From Raillietiella orientalis (taxonomy: Eukaryota), in contig JAYWIR010000028.1 of NCBI GenBank assembly GCA_036172245.1, positions 558,001-622,000 of the forward strand: 64,000 bases of DNA, read 5' to 3'. The notes beneath the pieces were generated by a model. That model saw only the letters and a program-made list of their open reading frames with translations, did not search any database and was not told where the DNA came from. Shown here piece after piece: positions 51,270 through 63,139 of this stretch. How positions within the stretch are numbered: the stretch's first letter is position 1; the number at the start of each line of letters is the position of its first letter. Both the position numbers and the translations under genes were made by a program.

Positions 51270-52330
51270 CCCGGATGGTTTGCTCTTTGTTTTGTGAATA
51301 AACGCTTTGGAGCAGCCGGGTGATAGACAGCCACACGGTCGCTTGGTAGCTCCACGAGTTGTCTTCAGAAACAACCGCATGCCTATGTTGAAGTGAACTT
51401 CAGTTCACGTGTTTGTTGAGATGAAGGTACATGCAGGTTCCGAGGATCTTCGAATTCGGTTCGGAGAGCATCTCTGGATTCAGCATGGCAGCCTCTGGGC
51501 AGGCGATTTCCCAAAAGTGAGCGCACAACTGAGGACATCGACGCAGCAGACCTCAAAAGATGGAACAGGGACGCCATCCTTTGACGGTAAGTGAACCACT
51601 TGCTCTCCCAGACGAGGAGACAGCGTGAACGGAAACACTAACGGACCTCCTTACTTTTAGGTCACGCATGCAAGATCCACGTCAGGCTATTCCTTGGTTT
51701 CTAGCCGGGATGCATGCAAGACATTAGAAGAGACTGACTGACCAGTTAAAAAGTAGCTTTGCAGGATGCATCTGTAAGAACTCCGTCACTCGGATCAGGA
51801 AAAAATTCTCGCGACGTTAAATCTTAAACAGAGATTCCAAGATGGATTATACTGTTCTTCAAATTCGAGAATGGTCAAGACCTTTCCTCACAGTTGGAAT
51901 GGCAGATCACAAGAGGGGATGTTGACTGCAAGAATAAAAGATGTCTGCACAGTAAAGTTTCTGTATTTTTGCTTTTCGGTGGTCTTCTTGAAGTTCTGAG
52001 TGACACCTCGATTTCGCTTGCACGGCCTGACCGTCGCAGTTTGTTTGTTTTTGTAAAAAAAAAAAAAACTCAAGCTTTTTGGCGTAGAACTACGTCGCAA
52101 AGAATTCCGCTTCCTTAAGTACAGATCCAGTTTCATTTGTGGAGCTCAGTGGTTCCCGTGCATCCTCGGAACGGCAAAGCGATTGTGGATTATGTGTTTC
52201 ATGATGGCTGAATCTGGAAGCCGATTCTGCAAATTCTCTTCAAAGAGGATGCCGAAAACCGAATTCCATCGATTCCATTGCTTTGCGAAGTTCCCATGGT
52301 TGCGCGAGGCCTTCAATTTCTTCTCTGAAG
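51270..52330 (+). pseudogene. rep: Degenerate Rep: HUH, intron, HUH and SF3 helicase
   Basis: HUH1: SVHVFVE near 51400 and SKDG 51553-51564. Intron 51587-51660. HUH2: VRLFL near 51684, LCRMH...RHS and ITRGD near 51910. Helicase, in one frame: ARPDRRSLFVF...KTQAFWR 52020-52085, VDYVFHD 52185-52205, WKPIL and RIPSIPLLC 52260-52286 (compare GIPSIVLCN). Confidence 0.65.
51587..51660 (+). other. Spliceosomal intron candidate (74 nt)
   Basis: G|GTAAGT donor, CTAAC branch motif at 51638-51642, pyrimidine tract and TTTTAG|G acceptor. Confidence 0.55.
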
Positions 52331-52639
52331 AACCGACCGCAATCAAATTGAGAGCATCTGAGCGCATCAGACATCCTTCTGGAAGAGCGAGGATGGCGAC
52401 CACATGGAAATGCAAGTTGTCCTTCTCTTGCTAACCGCTATTGGTGTGACACCTCTACCATGGAACGGCTTGCTCACCAGAGGCGGCGGTCATGGAGCCC
52501 CATTTCGGCCGAAGACGTCCGGAACCACCGTGTCATCATTCTTGTCCACTGGGTTTGAAAAAAGAGCTCCCCGCACGGTGATCCTGCTGCCCTACTCCGA
52601 CGGCTGCGAGTGCATTCTGTTTGAGTGTTCTCTTTCGAT

Positions 52640-54726
52640 TTTCATGTTGCCGTGCCTGAAAGGCTTTCATGGAAACTCAGTTGCTAGAAGAAGCAGACTG
52701 CATTTGGGAACTCCTCGGTGACCGCGTCCCAGTCCTCTGTAGGACTGAACCCGCAGTTCAGTCTCAGCAGCTTCGTCTCAGGAGTTCGTGGATCAACACA
52801 GCATGTGCGCTGTGCCGGTGCGCCGCGGGATATGGCAGGGCCACAGCCTGAGCCCCTTGCTCTTCAGCACCTACTTTGAGCTGGTGCTGAGGGCGTACGG
52901 GAAGACTCTGGCTCGCTTCCCGTGCGCGTGGCAAGCTGCTCCTCCCGTGTCGTCATATGCGGACGATCTTCCGCTGCTGCTCCCCATGTCCACCCCGGTG
53001 TCGGCGCTCGAAGGCTTCTTCGAGCTGTTAAGGCGCGGGACGGGACTGGTGGTGAGCTGGGAGAAATCGTCCGTGGTGGCAGTCGTTTCGGCGTGGGCAG
53101 GACAGCAGGACTGGATCTCCAGAATTCGGTAATTGAAGGATGTCTATGTGCAGTTGGAGGAGTATTTTCCAGCGGAGGCGTGGTCCAGCTGCCTCCAGAA
53201 GGCAGAGTTTGCGATCGGTCCGTTCCAGGATGGCAAGTTTTTCCTGCCGGAACGGAACGCGGCGTGGAACACGTTTGTGGCCTCCCTTTTCCGCTTCTTT
53301 TCATTTTGTTTATTCCCGCTGAGAAACATGAAAAAGCGGACGGAGGACCTCCAGAGAATCGTCCTGTGGGGCAAAGGGAGGTCCCCAGTCCGCCTGAGGG
53401 GACTTGTGTGCTCTGCGTCGCGACGGCGTTCTGACGCTGGAGGGCCTGGAGCGGCAGCTTTAGTGGAGAACGCTTGCCTTAGTGGAGAAGTTTTGGAGCA
53501 GAAACTGGCGCCCGCCCGAACGCTACCTGATCAAGCGAGCCACCGGCTACTCGAGACTGTCTTCGTTCCTGGAGTGGCGGCGCGGACGCAACGTGTCCAG
53601 CTGCGGAATGAAGCTCCGGCGAGTGGCCAAGCTGACCAGGATCAACACCTGGATCTCCTGCCGGCCCGCGAGCGGTAGTGCCTGGTTACAGGAAAACGCT
53701 CGCACGTGGACCGAAAATGAGCCCGGAGATGAGGCAGCGACTGCTGTACTCGTACTGCAACAACCGCTAGCTGCAGGACGTCATCGTGCAGCCCATCACG
53801 TTTGCGTGGGCGCAAAGAACCTCCCTAGCCGTGGAGCTGCTCTCCCTCAGTGAGCACCTGGTCAGCAGCCAGCCGGCTAATTGGAACGTCCGTTGTGAAA
53901 TCTCGGGCCGAGAAGCCAAGGGCCAGCTCAGGGACGCGGAGTCTCCAAGTATCCCACAGAAGGGACTATTGCGCTAAGGAGAGCTGCTAAAAATTCCACA
54001 GGAAGACCTCGAGTGGCCCCCGGCGCTGAAAAACAACAGGGCGCTCCTCCTGAAGTGGCAGGAGTTGGCACTTCGCTGTTGCAACAGGGCTTCCCGTGCA
54101 AATCCCTCCGGTCTCACTGAACCCGGGAGATTGTGGATCCCAACTGTTGCAGGTGCGGGGAACGGGAATCCGAGCTCCCGCACCTGCTCGTTGATTGCTC
54201 CTTCCGGACCCTGTGGTGGCGTTGTGCAATGGCCATTGGTGCACCGACAGACGATAACAGAGACGTGATGAAGCGTCTCTTCGTGGGCGATACCCTTTCG
54301 CCTGCGGCATCCCCAGCAGCTCTTTGCTGCTGCCTAGGAAAAATTGTGGCGACCTGGAGCTACGCGAGAAGAGCACGGCATGATAGGGACGCCATCTGCT
54401 TCGCCCTAAGCATCATGAGGACGACAGCTAGATGGTCCCACCTGGAAAATAACATGCAGCAAGGCCCTTTGCCGACAACCCTCAGAGGATGGATCGGACT
54501 GCCCCCAGAAAACAGTGATCCCTTCCAGCACCCCCCAAAGTGTCCATTTTTATTTTTTGTTCCTTTCTTTCTTTTTGTTTATCCCTTCCCCTCTGCTACC
54601 GTGGTGGACTGCGTCGGTTTGCGAACCGGTGACCCGGGCAGGTCTCCTCTAAACTGAGTGTGGCTGGACCGCCGGTTCAACCACAGTTCTCGTAATATGT
54701 TTGGTTTTGAAATAAACGCCCCGGCG
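52640..54726 (+). mobile_element. 5'-truncated L1/Tx1-type LINE: RT C-terminal half, zinc-binding domain and 3' UTR (pseudogenised)
   Basis: RRGIWQGHSLSPLLF and SYADDL (RT motifs), GLVVSWEKS, VLWG...AGG and DPNCCRCGERESELPHLLVDC. T-rich 3' UTR ends with AATAAA. Contains stops and frameshifts. Confidence 0.92.
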
Positions 54727-55399
54727 CACCCAGGTGGAAATCCAAGGAATGATGAGACGGGGAACTGCGAAAGGGTCAGCCCACTTGTTCAGGTCACCGT
54801 TCCTAATGGAGGAACAGGGAGCCTAGAGGTGGAAGGAGACGGATGGCCATCGACTTCCGTTGCGGAAATCTGGCTGTTGGATCCGCAGGCATCCTATAAG
54901 TTCCGTGTCATGCACGCGTTTCTTCTGCCTCCTCCACGTGTGGAACCACGTGGAGAAGGCAAGAAACTATGCAAGTACTTATGGAAGCTGCGTGGTCAAA
55001 GAGAAAGAAATTTTATTGCACGGGTCATTCCATGGCACAAACTCCGTGCGCCATGACACTGCGCTAGGGAACTCATGCAAGTCGGGACCTATACAACCAT
55101 CTCTGGCTAGAGAAAGCTTCATTATCTTCCAATACATCAGCTCCATCTAAATGAAATAGGCGTTGTCCTTGTAGACCCGTCGACGGTCGTCTATGATCTC
55201 TATCAGAGACTCCACGAACTCAAGCGATTGGTAGCGATCGTAAAAGAGGATGCCATAGAAATCTCTGAAGGCAAAGATTCGATGCCGCCCGAGCAGTTGT
55301 TTCAACGGTGGGGTGACACCTGGGATCGTACCCACGTCATCATCCAGGTCTCCGTCACGTACGAAATCTTAGAAGGCCACAGAGGAGAAGATGGTTAGG

Positions 55400-56150
55400 T
55401 TCTCTTGGCTGCAGAGCGCTTTGTCGCGGATTTCTTCTACTCTACGTAGGCAGTCTATTACAAGGAAGTTTTCAAGACGAAATGGCATCGCTGCGTCACT
55501 CGAAGAGGAAGAAATTCAGTTTCCGGGAGTTTTAGGGGAGGCGTCCAAACCGTGTAGGTATTCCAGGAAATTTGCAAGGGAGTTCCAAGGAAGAGCGTCA
55601 AAGATCAGTGGTGGTGAAAGAGGAGTGTCGTTGTCTCGGAAATCACGTTCTTCTTTCCGCTTGTTGTTGTTTTTGTCTTTTCGTGCATCATTCTTACCCA
55701 TGTTCAAGCTGTTCTCTGTCTCCAAGAACGACAGTTCTCGGGCAAACAGGAGATCCAAGAGTGGCCCAGTGCCAAGGAAACGATCTGCCGAAGACGATAT
55801 CCCCGTCGGGGCAAGATCCTCTCACCATATACGAGGAAACATGCCAATCCCTCGGAGTCGGCTGCTCGCTTGGCCAGCAGTCGTGCAAGAATGCACTAGT
55901 GTGTCCACCAGCACTTGCTCATCAGGACCAATCTTCAGAATTGGAGCTGATGCTTTATCCTCTTCAGAGTAAGGAGTGCCATTCACCATCCACCATCCCG
56001 ACGCGGAGTGCACATGTCTTTTAGGTGCACTTGAGACCTCTCTGTGTCCCAAAGGGCTTTTCTCAGGAAGTGCTCTGCTCGCTTTTTTATTTGGGGCAGG
56101 GAGGACAATGAGAAGCGGAGAAGGGGGGTTCAGAAACGCGTTTTGCAGGA
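55400..56150 (-). pseudogene. rep: Degenerate Rep (HUH plus SF3 helicase)
   Basis: NAFLNPP near 56140 (motif I), HRE...RHVH 56016-56008 (motif II), HVSSYMV...DGDIVFG near 55840-55790 (motif III), NMGKNDAR near 55700-55681 (Walker A), LIFDALPW 55608-55585 (Walker B) and AMPFRLEN near 55480 (motif C). Confidence 0.6.
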
Positions 56151-56799
56151 TGGTTCCTTCCGGACAGGAACAGGAACAGGGGCAAGGACTGCCAGAGAGT
56201 CGCCCCTGGACTTTTGGAGACATCCGGACAACGCTTCCTCAAGGGAAAAATCTCAGAATGGACGTGCAGATACTTGAAGCACCTGCCCGTGGGGATCTTC
56301 AAACGGGCCCAGTTCAGCTATCTAGCCCACGCCGCATGTATGCAAGAGTTCACTCTGCTCTTGACAGCTGCAACGGATCAACTTGAAGTCCTCGAGCGAC
56401 GCTGCCGGGGTTGAAACCAGGAGCAGGAGAAGGTGGTCTTCGGAAGACAAGAGGACGGAAGGGTCATCAGAGTTTTCTTGTATGTGTTCAGCATCGACTC
56501 GAAGAAGATGCTCAACAGCGTAAGGCTCAGACTGTCACTCTGTCTGATCTCTCCCCCCTCCCCCGCAATGGCACGACGTACATGGCCGACCGCTGAAAGC
56601 CAACCTCATCGCTCTGAAACAAGTGCAGGTAGAATAGAGGGGAGGTCGAAGCGTTCCAGGAGCTCCGAGAGTTCCTGGTTCGAACTCTTTTTCGTGATCG
56701 GCTGCGGTCTCCAAGCAACGCGGCCTTTCCCCTGTTTTCCAGCCTCTTTCTTGGTGCCCGTCTGGACTCTCCTAGCCTTGAGGCCCTCAGCCGCCTTCC

Positions 56800-57125
56800 G
56801 CAGCCGAAACCGCACCTGTGCAAAGAACAGCTTTTCCTCCATGCTCCTTCCAGGAACAGTGTGCGACGGACTTCGCAACCCGCCCTAGGCGTCCAGTCCA
56901 CAGTTTCGAAAGCAGGTTGATGTCCGAGTTCACCAAGGTGATCGGACGCCAGTTGCTCAAGCTGCGTGCGGGTTTCCTCTTTTAGGAAAGAGTCGGAGGA
57001 CCCGAGCTGGTCAGGAGTCAGGAACTTCTTCCCTTTGCTTGATCAGCTTGTGCACCATGGAGCACAATTCTGTAGCGGAAGATGGAAAAAATTGTCAGCA
57101 GTTCACCCTCCCCTGGAGTTTCACG
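56800..57125 (-). mobile_element. LINE RT N-terminal fragment
   Basis: ETPGEG, GILRLFPK, LSNWRPITLVNSDINLLSKLWTGRL and PGRSMEE match RT domains 0-2 of non-LTR elements. Confidence 0.85.
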
Positions 57126-57129
57126 CACG

Positions 57130-57734
57130 TCGACGGTCACTGAATCGGGAAATTGTGGTCCCGAACTGTCCCAGACGCAGAGGAACGGAAACCGAGACTT
57201 GAGTTGATTGAGTGCGTTGTCCTTCTGAGTGCATGGGAACAGTTTGCTACGGCCCCGCGATTCCCAACGGACAACCCGAAAGACGCGCTGGAGATGACTC
57301 TGCATGCGAGACGCAATGTCGCCTTCTGCAGCGATTGCAGCTGTGCTGCCTGCGCGGAGTGGACGAGAAGCTACGCCCAAAAAGGGTCGGGATCCATAGG
57401 GATGCCACATCCATCGTGTCCTCTTTCACGAGGATGGAGACAAGATGGTTTGAAGGTGGAATTTGCAAGCATCCTGGGCAGATGCAGAGGACGCGAGGAT
57501 TTTCCTACCCCCTCCCCCTCCTTCCCCAATGTTTTCGAAAACAATCTCTTGTTCTTCGTTCCCTTCTTTTGTTTTTGTTTTTTTACTTCCTTTCCATTTT
57601 TTTCCCTCCGTGCGGACCTCGCTATACGATCTGCTTGTGGGCAGAAACGTCTCCTGGGCTTGTACCGACGTAATGGAATTTGTTATCCCACTGAGAAGAA
57701 GGACCAGATTGTATCTTTCAATAATGCTTCGACG
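57130..57734 (+). mobile_element. L1/Tx1-type LINE 3' end
   Basis: VVPNCPR...ETE, LIECV...WEQF...PTDNPKD and RSYA. Homologous to the other three 3' ends and followed by a T-rich UTR. Confidence 0.7.
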
Positions 57735-57759
57735 TGACCAGGCGGAAGCAATCAGGCGG

Positions 57760-58200
57760 GGTTTCACATTCCGCAACCTCCCAGGAAAGGTTTTAAAGCG
57801 TGAAGGCGTTTCGTCACTACTCCGAGTTGCAAGAAAGGGCGATTCCGACCCACGCTTATTTTGATTTCCGTAGGTCCATCATCAGCCTGTGCGGTGATCT
57901 ACGAACCAGGACAGGTTGGTCCACAAAAGCCTGAGAGAGAAAACAAGCAACCAGACTGAAGGCACCAAGATTTGGTGCCTTCAGTCTCTGGTTGTCCATT
58001 CTTCGATCAGATTCACGTATTTCTCGTCACGCAGGAAACTCTCACTTTATCTTCCGATGTAGGTGAACCCTTTTCCTCCCCCTTCCTAGATTGGGTCAGA
58101 GATGACTCTGAGGTCATCTGATCTGCCCCTAGAAAGCTGCTAAGGGTACAAGTTAGAAGACTTGGATGTGGCGTAATCTTAATCGGTGGGTTCACCAGGA
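57760..58200 (+). pseudogene. Possible Rep HUH remnant
   Basis: GFTFRN, QERAIPTHAYFDFRRS near 57830-57877 (compare HLHxFxDFGRK) and QIHVFL near 58010. Confidence 0.25.
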
Positions 58201-58299
58201 ACGAGGGTCCCTGAGGATTTTCGCCTCCTGCCTCTCACCACTCTTCTCCATGACCGACTGTTCCGGCTGCTGACCTCAGGAGGTCGACTCCGATGAGAA

Positions 58300-58970
58300 T
58301 TGGGGAGGAAACCTAATGGATTCGTTCTTGTGCAAGCAAAAGATCGGCATCAGTAGGGCCTCTGTGACTCTTTGAGAATAGTGCGCGGAACTGTTTGTAG
58401 TTGAACGGAAAAAACTCGCTGTAAAAGAACAGAGGAGTTCAAGGAGTTTGCCTGAAGGATTCTTAGGGGAAAAAAAAACCGTTCGGGACGTTTCTTCAAA
58501 AAACAATTTTGCCAAGATCGAAAAAAACAGCCTCTTGCGCGAGAATGCCATCCAGGAGGAGAAGGCTGGTCTCTCCCGAATCGGCATTCTTGAGTTTAAC
58601 GTCAATCCCAGATGATGAGAGCGTCCCGGATTCAGCTTAAGAATGGACCTCAGATTCGAACCAGGAGAACTCTGTCTCACCCTGATCCTCTCGAGGTAGC
58701 CAAACGCCTCGTCGTCGGCCTGGTGACCCGCTCTCAAGCGAGACTACATGAACTTCTTAAGATGGACAAACGCTTCGTCCAAGTTGGAGCCCATGTAGCT
58801 GCTGAGGTCTCCACGCGTGGCACCACCAGGAGTCGCAAGTTCGAATACTCGGAAAGAATTGAAGCCGAGAAAATGGGTGCACAGTGGGTTCGAGTTCCTC
58901 CTGCAAGATGACGCTGGCTGGCCTGCATTCGGGTGCGGCATGGGTGGCGGTTCAGACCGGATGTCCTCGA
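58300..58970 (+). mobile_element. LINE ORF1 remnant
   Basis: Decayed knuckle ACIR/CGMGG...CP near 58920-58968. Confidence 0.25.
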
Positions 58971-60149
58971 TGAGTAGACAATGGAGACAGTGGAGAGTCG
59001 ACCCTCCGGGGTCCTTCTAGGAAACAGAATCAAGGAGGGAGGGTTCCCCTTCGGTTGTGCAAAGGAGCGAACCCCTTCCTTCCCTTTGGGTGGGACCCTC
59101 TGTGTCGTACCTATTCCTTTCCTATTCTGTTGCCACTTCTCCAGAGGGCACGGGAGCGTGCCGCTTTCTTCGGGGAAGCAGCGCCCTTCTGATAAATTTC
59201 GGAAGCGTCCCTTCGAGGTTCTCTTCAGAGAAGGAAACGGGAGCGGTTCCCCTGGGGGAGTCCCTCTGAAGAGGATAAGGAAGGAGATTCTCTTCATGGT
59301 TCCCTTTGGAGACAACCAGGGTACAGATTCCTCCCCATGCGTGAGAGGAACGGACTCCGTGCCCTTTCTGGATTCATAGGGCGGTCCCTTCCCAGGGTAC
59401 CCCCTATCTTGAAGAATTACACGTATCCTCTGGTGGAGTGAAACAGTTCTGAAGAGCTGCGTGAGCCGACAGGCGCACGACGGTGCTTGAGTACTCAGTG
59501 AACCTAAAAAAAAAAAAAACCCGAAAAACAAACATAGCTGGAAGGAAAACATCGAAGACAGAAAGAGAATCCAGAAGGATTCCCATTATCCAGGAAACAG
59601 CCATAACAAAGTTTTTCTTTCCTCATACTTGGTAGTCACTACTCGGCGGTGTGACATAGTTCTTTGTATTGATCAGGCAGAACGTTGACTCATGAACGTA
59701 TCGCTGGTTCATCATCACGCAGTCGGCTGATGTCCATGTCGAAGAGTTATCTTCGGGCCTGCGGCACATCTCAAGGTTGTCAGAGGAAAATTGCGTTGCT
59801 AGCTCAACACCGTTCCCATGGATGATCGTCGTGTCTCTGACGGATGTCGCCACCTCATGTTCGCGCCTTCGCCTTCTCTTGTTGTCTTCGGCTGATCATC
59901 GTGACGTCAACTGATGTCTTGTCCGAATCAGAAGCATTGTATTGGTCAGGGAGCTCGTCATCTAGTGACTGTGTAGTCAGCTCATCATCGTATGGGATCA
60001 TCTTCGTTTCTTCGCCACATCACTGTGTCGTTGCCTGACCATCGTGGAGTGGGTTGATCTCAACGTCGTCGCCTCATCTTCGATCCTTCGTCTCGGCGGC
60101 CGGTCCTTGATCGATCACCGTGTCGCAGGCACACAGTTCTTATTTCAGG

Positions 60150-60520
60150 AATGACTTCTGACCTCGATAAAAGGACTGCGCGCTGGAAGCAGGATAGGGA
60201 ACGCGCCAAAAGGTACGGCAAGATATTCCGACCGAGGCTTGTATCCACAGCTCAGTATGCTGACTGGGCGAGCCTCGCGAACCACAGGCGAAATGCACCG
60301 GATTTCGCAGGAGGTGAGTGCCTTGGGCAGGCACCTCGGTCCCATCCGCAGCGCAACCGCGGCCACGGAAACGCGCGACGAACGAGTAGCCCGCATTCAA
60401 GAGGGATACTCGGTAAAATGTCCGGGCATGGTGGCTTCTGACCCACTTCGCCTCGGGGTGCACTCCTAGCCGTCGTGTTCCAGCGCAAAGAGATGGTGCC
60501 GTCCCTTGCCACCCAAAGGA
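60150..60520 (+). mobile_element. LINE ORF1 remnant
   Basis: VSALGRHLGPI and a decayed knuckle, VFQRKEM, near 60475. Confidence 0.25.
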
Positions 60521-61229
60521 CTCGAGGGGCGGAGCGGGGCTCGAAAGGGAGCAGAGGAAAGCCTGAGGGCTCTGTTCTCGGCCTCCAACAGGGGGCCCGC
60601 AACGGCAACATCGGCTGTCGTTCAGCGGAGAAAGAGATGAGCATTCCTGAGCCACACGCGGAGAACATCTGGACAGGGATGGCGTGAGCGAGAGACGCGG
60701 GTGGGATCCGATCTCTCGGCGCGCGTGGGCGCCGGCCGACGATGAGGTCCCGGAGAGAATCTGGACATCCCGCAGAGGCGAGCCGATACCACCTGAGCGG
60801 CAAAACGGTCCCCGGAAACATCGCGTCCCATCCACCGGGACATCGGATGGGACGCCGTCAGCCGCTCCACACGCAGCGAGGTGGCACCGAACGAGCTGTC
60901 TGAGGAAGCTCGAAACCCCTCAGGTCTGTTTCTTCGCGCGTTGCTGTGCATTCCTCCTCGGCTCGATAAGATGAAAAAAGATCCCGGGGAGAATGCCGGG
61001 AACACATAACGTGCCACCGGAGCGACCGAGCAGCTCCCGGAGCCGCAGCCTCGCCCGGGACATTCGACGGAGAGGACGGATCGATTGAGGAAGTGGCGGG
61101 AAATCCCCTACTCTGCCATCTTCTCGCGCTCCCCCCTGAACGCCGATGGAAGGCAAAGAAACGCGAACAGTGTCAGAGATCTGAAACGAAGTTTGTAAAG
61201 GTTGCCCACCGATTCCATTCCTAGCCGAC

Positions 61230-61890
61230 TCGCCTTGTTCTTCTTGAGATCTCAGGTTAACGGGCACCAGCCAGAATCCCGCCCTTCTTTCAAAGAGCCT
61301 TTTAAACCCTTTCAGGTGAGTCGTTCGAAAATTGGCAATCTCAAATGCACAACCAGTAGCGAGTTTCTGGCATCAGAGAAGCCAAAGTTCCTCAGGAAGA
61401 GTTCCGGTCAACTTGCAAAGGATGGGATGAAAAATCATTTTTTCAAGAGCCGTTCTTACTTATTCAGTCACGAAGCTCGTTGCAAAGGCGCCACATCAGT
61501 TCCCAGGTGAGATGTGGGAAAAGTGGGACATTAACACTGAATTCACGTGTTCCCTCACACTGAACGCCATCAGACTCCGCTGCCGAGGGACTTCAGCACT
61601 GCGGTTCCCACGCCTGAGGAGCGCATGCAATTCATTTCAGGTGTTCCATAGCGTGACACCCTGATGACAGCTGCAGGTAATCAATGAGTCACATGAGGCG
61701 TTGGAAGAACAGTGTGTGTGTGTGTGGGGGGGGGGGGGTTGTGGCTTAAGTGTTCTCCTGTCGAACGAGTCGCAAGCTCGGTGTAACTTAGTGGTCAACG
61801 TACGGCGAACTCCAGGAGCGCAAAAGGATCGTTGCAATTAAAGCACCCCCTTTTCAGCCTCCCCTCCTTTCCTGTCCTGGGCCGAACTAA
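61230..61890 (+). pseudogene. Degenerate Rep: HUH-HUH junction plus helicase traces
   Basis: LFFLRSQ near 61235, then in one frame LAKDG 61412-61426 directly followed by FFKSRSYLFSH.ARC from 61439 (motif III, then a new motif I). Then IHVF 61541, PRDF, RKLGVT*W near 61775 and AIKAPP...SCPG. Confidence 0.45.
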
Positions 61891-62659
61891 GTTCCAATTG
61901 AAAATGCCTTCAGCATTCCAAGCAGAATCCTCAGACTTTCCTCTGAAGCTTACGACCTTTCAGGTGTTCCGCGAGAGCTGATAGCCTTTCCTTCCTTCTC
62001 ATACCGGAATGCCCTGCCGATTAATTAAGATAAATAAATAACATTTTAAAATTAGGGCATGAACGAAAGGGATGAGGGTGGGGCATTTCCATCGTTTTCA
62101 CAGCCTCTTTCTCACCACAAAAATGCGGAATGCTTCACGGTTCGCGTGCCGTGCTTGCGCAGGAGCCACGTTAGTCTCTGCACAGTTCCAGCTTCATTGT
62201 ACGCGCAGAAGACGCATTTGTTTATTTATTCATTCGAGCTATTAACCGATACAAGCTGGAGAATCGTGGAATTCCAGAGTAAAACTATGTTCCTAAGCAA
62301 AATAAATGAATAAAAGATACAATAAGAACAAGCCCGATATCTGTCGCTCTGAGACGATAGGAGCCGACTTCTCTCCGGGAATAAAACTAGAGAGGGCGTG
62401 GAGGGTGAGCAGGAAGGATCACTAAATAAACAAGTAAATAAGCGCAAGACGGATCGGCTTTATGATAGAGAACGTGATTCCTGATGCCCTGCATCAAACA
62501 GGGACTGGAGGGGAAGACCTATGGCTCTGTCGTCGGTGATGACCTGGTCTGCCTTCTTGCACTAAGACTCCCTCTAATTGCGTCTTCAGCTTGAACACGG
62601 ACCCTCTTCATGTCGCAGGAGGGGAACAGAATTTTCCCCCGGGCGGAGACATATCGGAT

Positions 62660-63100
62660 ATCACCGTTGCTTGTACGTGGCAAAGGTATCCGGGGAGGAG
62701 GTGGCTGCTAATACCGAAGGGGTAAAACTTCTAAACAAGTCCTGCCGTACATCTGCAGGAAGTAGGAATGCTCCTGATGGAACCTTTGGATCACTCCAGA
62801 AGTAGAGCGAGCGGTTTCGGCGATTCCGCAAGGGCACGCGCGAACGTGCGCGTGAATTGCACGAGGAGGAGTCGCCTGGATCATCTGCCAAGGTGAAGCA
62901 GTTGGAGGAAACCTGCGACAGCGGCTGGAGCCGCAACAAGAAGTGGAGGGAACACGTGCCTCCACCCTCAGATAAATGCTGGTGTTCTTGTTTCAGGGGA
63001 GGAACCAGGGTGGCAGCGTTCCTGCTGAGTGCACCACCAGTGACGATTGCGACAGGAAGGAGCAAGCACGCCTCGTTCCTCCGCGTCTGCCAATGACTCT
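62660..63100 (+). mobile_element. LINE AP-endonuclease domain remnant
   Basis: VACTW...G, VHLQEV near 62750 and ARGGVAWII near 62860 occur in the order of APE motifs (TWN, LQE, GGVAI). Confidence 0.5.
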
Positions 63101-63139
63101 TCCACAGCTCCTTGTTCCGGAACACATCAGATGAGACAA

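Noticed and set aside
52150..52450. Minus-strand HUH-like LHFHV...NHGNF
   Set aside because: It overlaps the better-supported plus-strand helicase. It is likely chance and shows the false-positive risk of motif reading.
55147..55960. BTB/POZ-like reading of the minus frame
   Set aside because: The same residues fit SF3 Walker A, B and C better, with HUH motifs upstream in the correct order.
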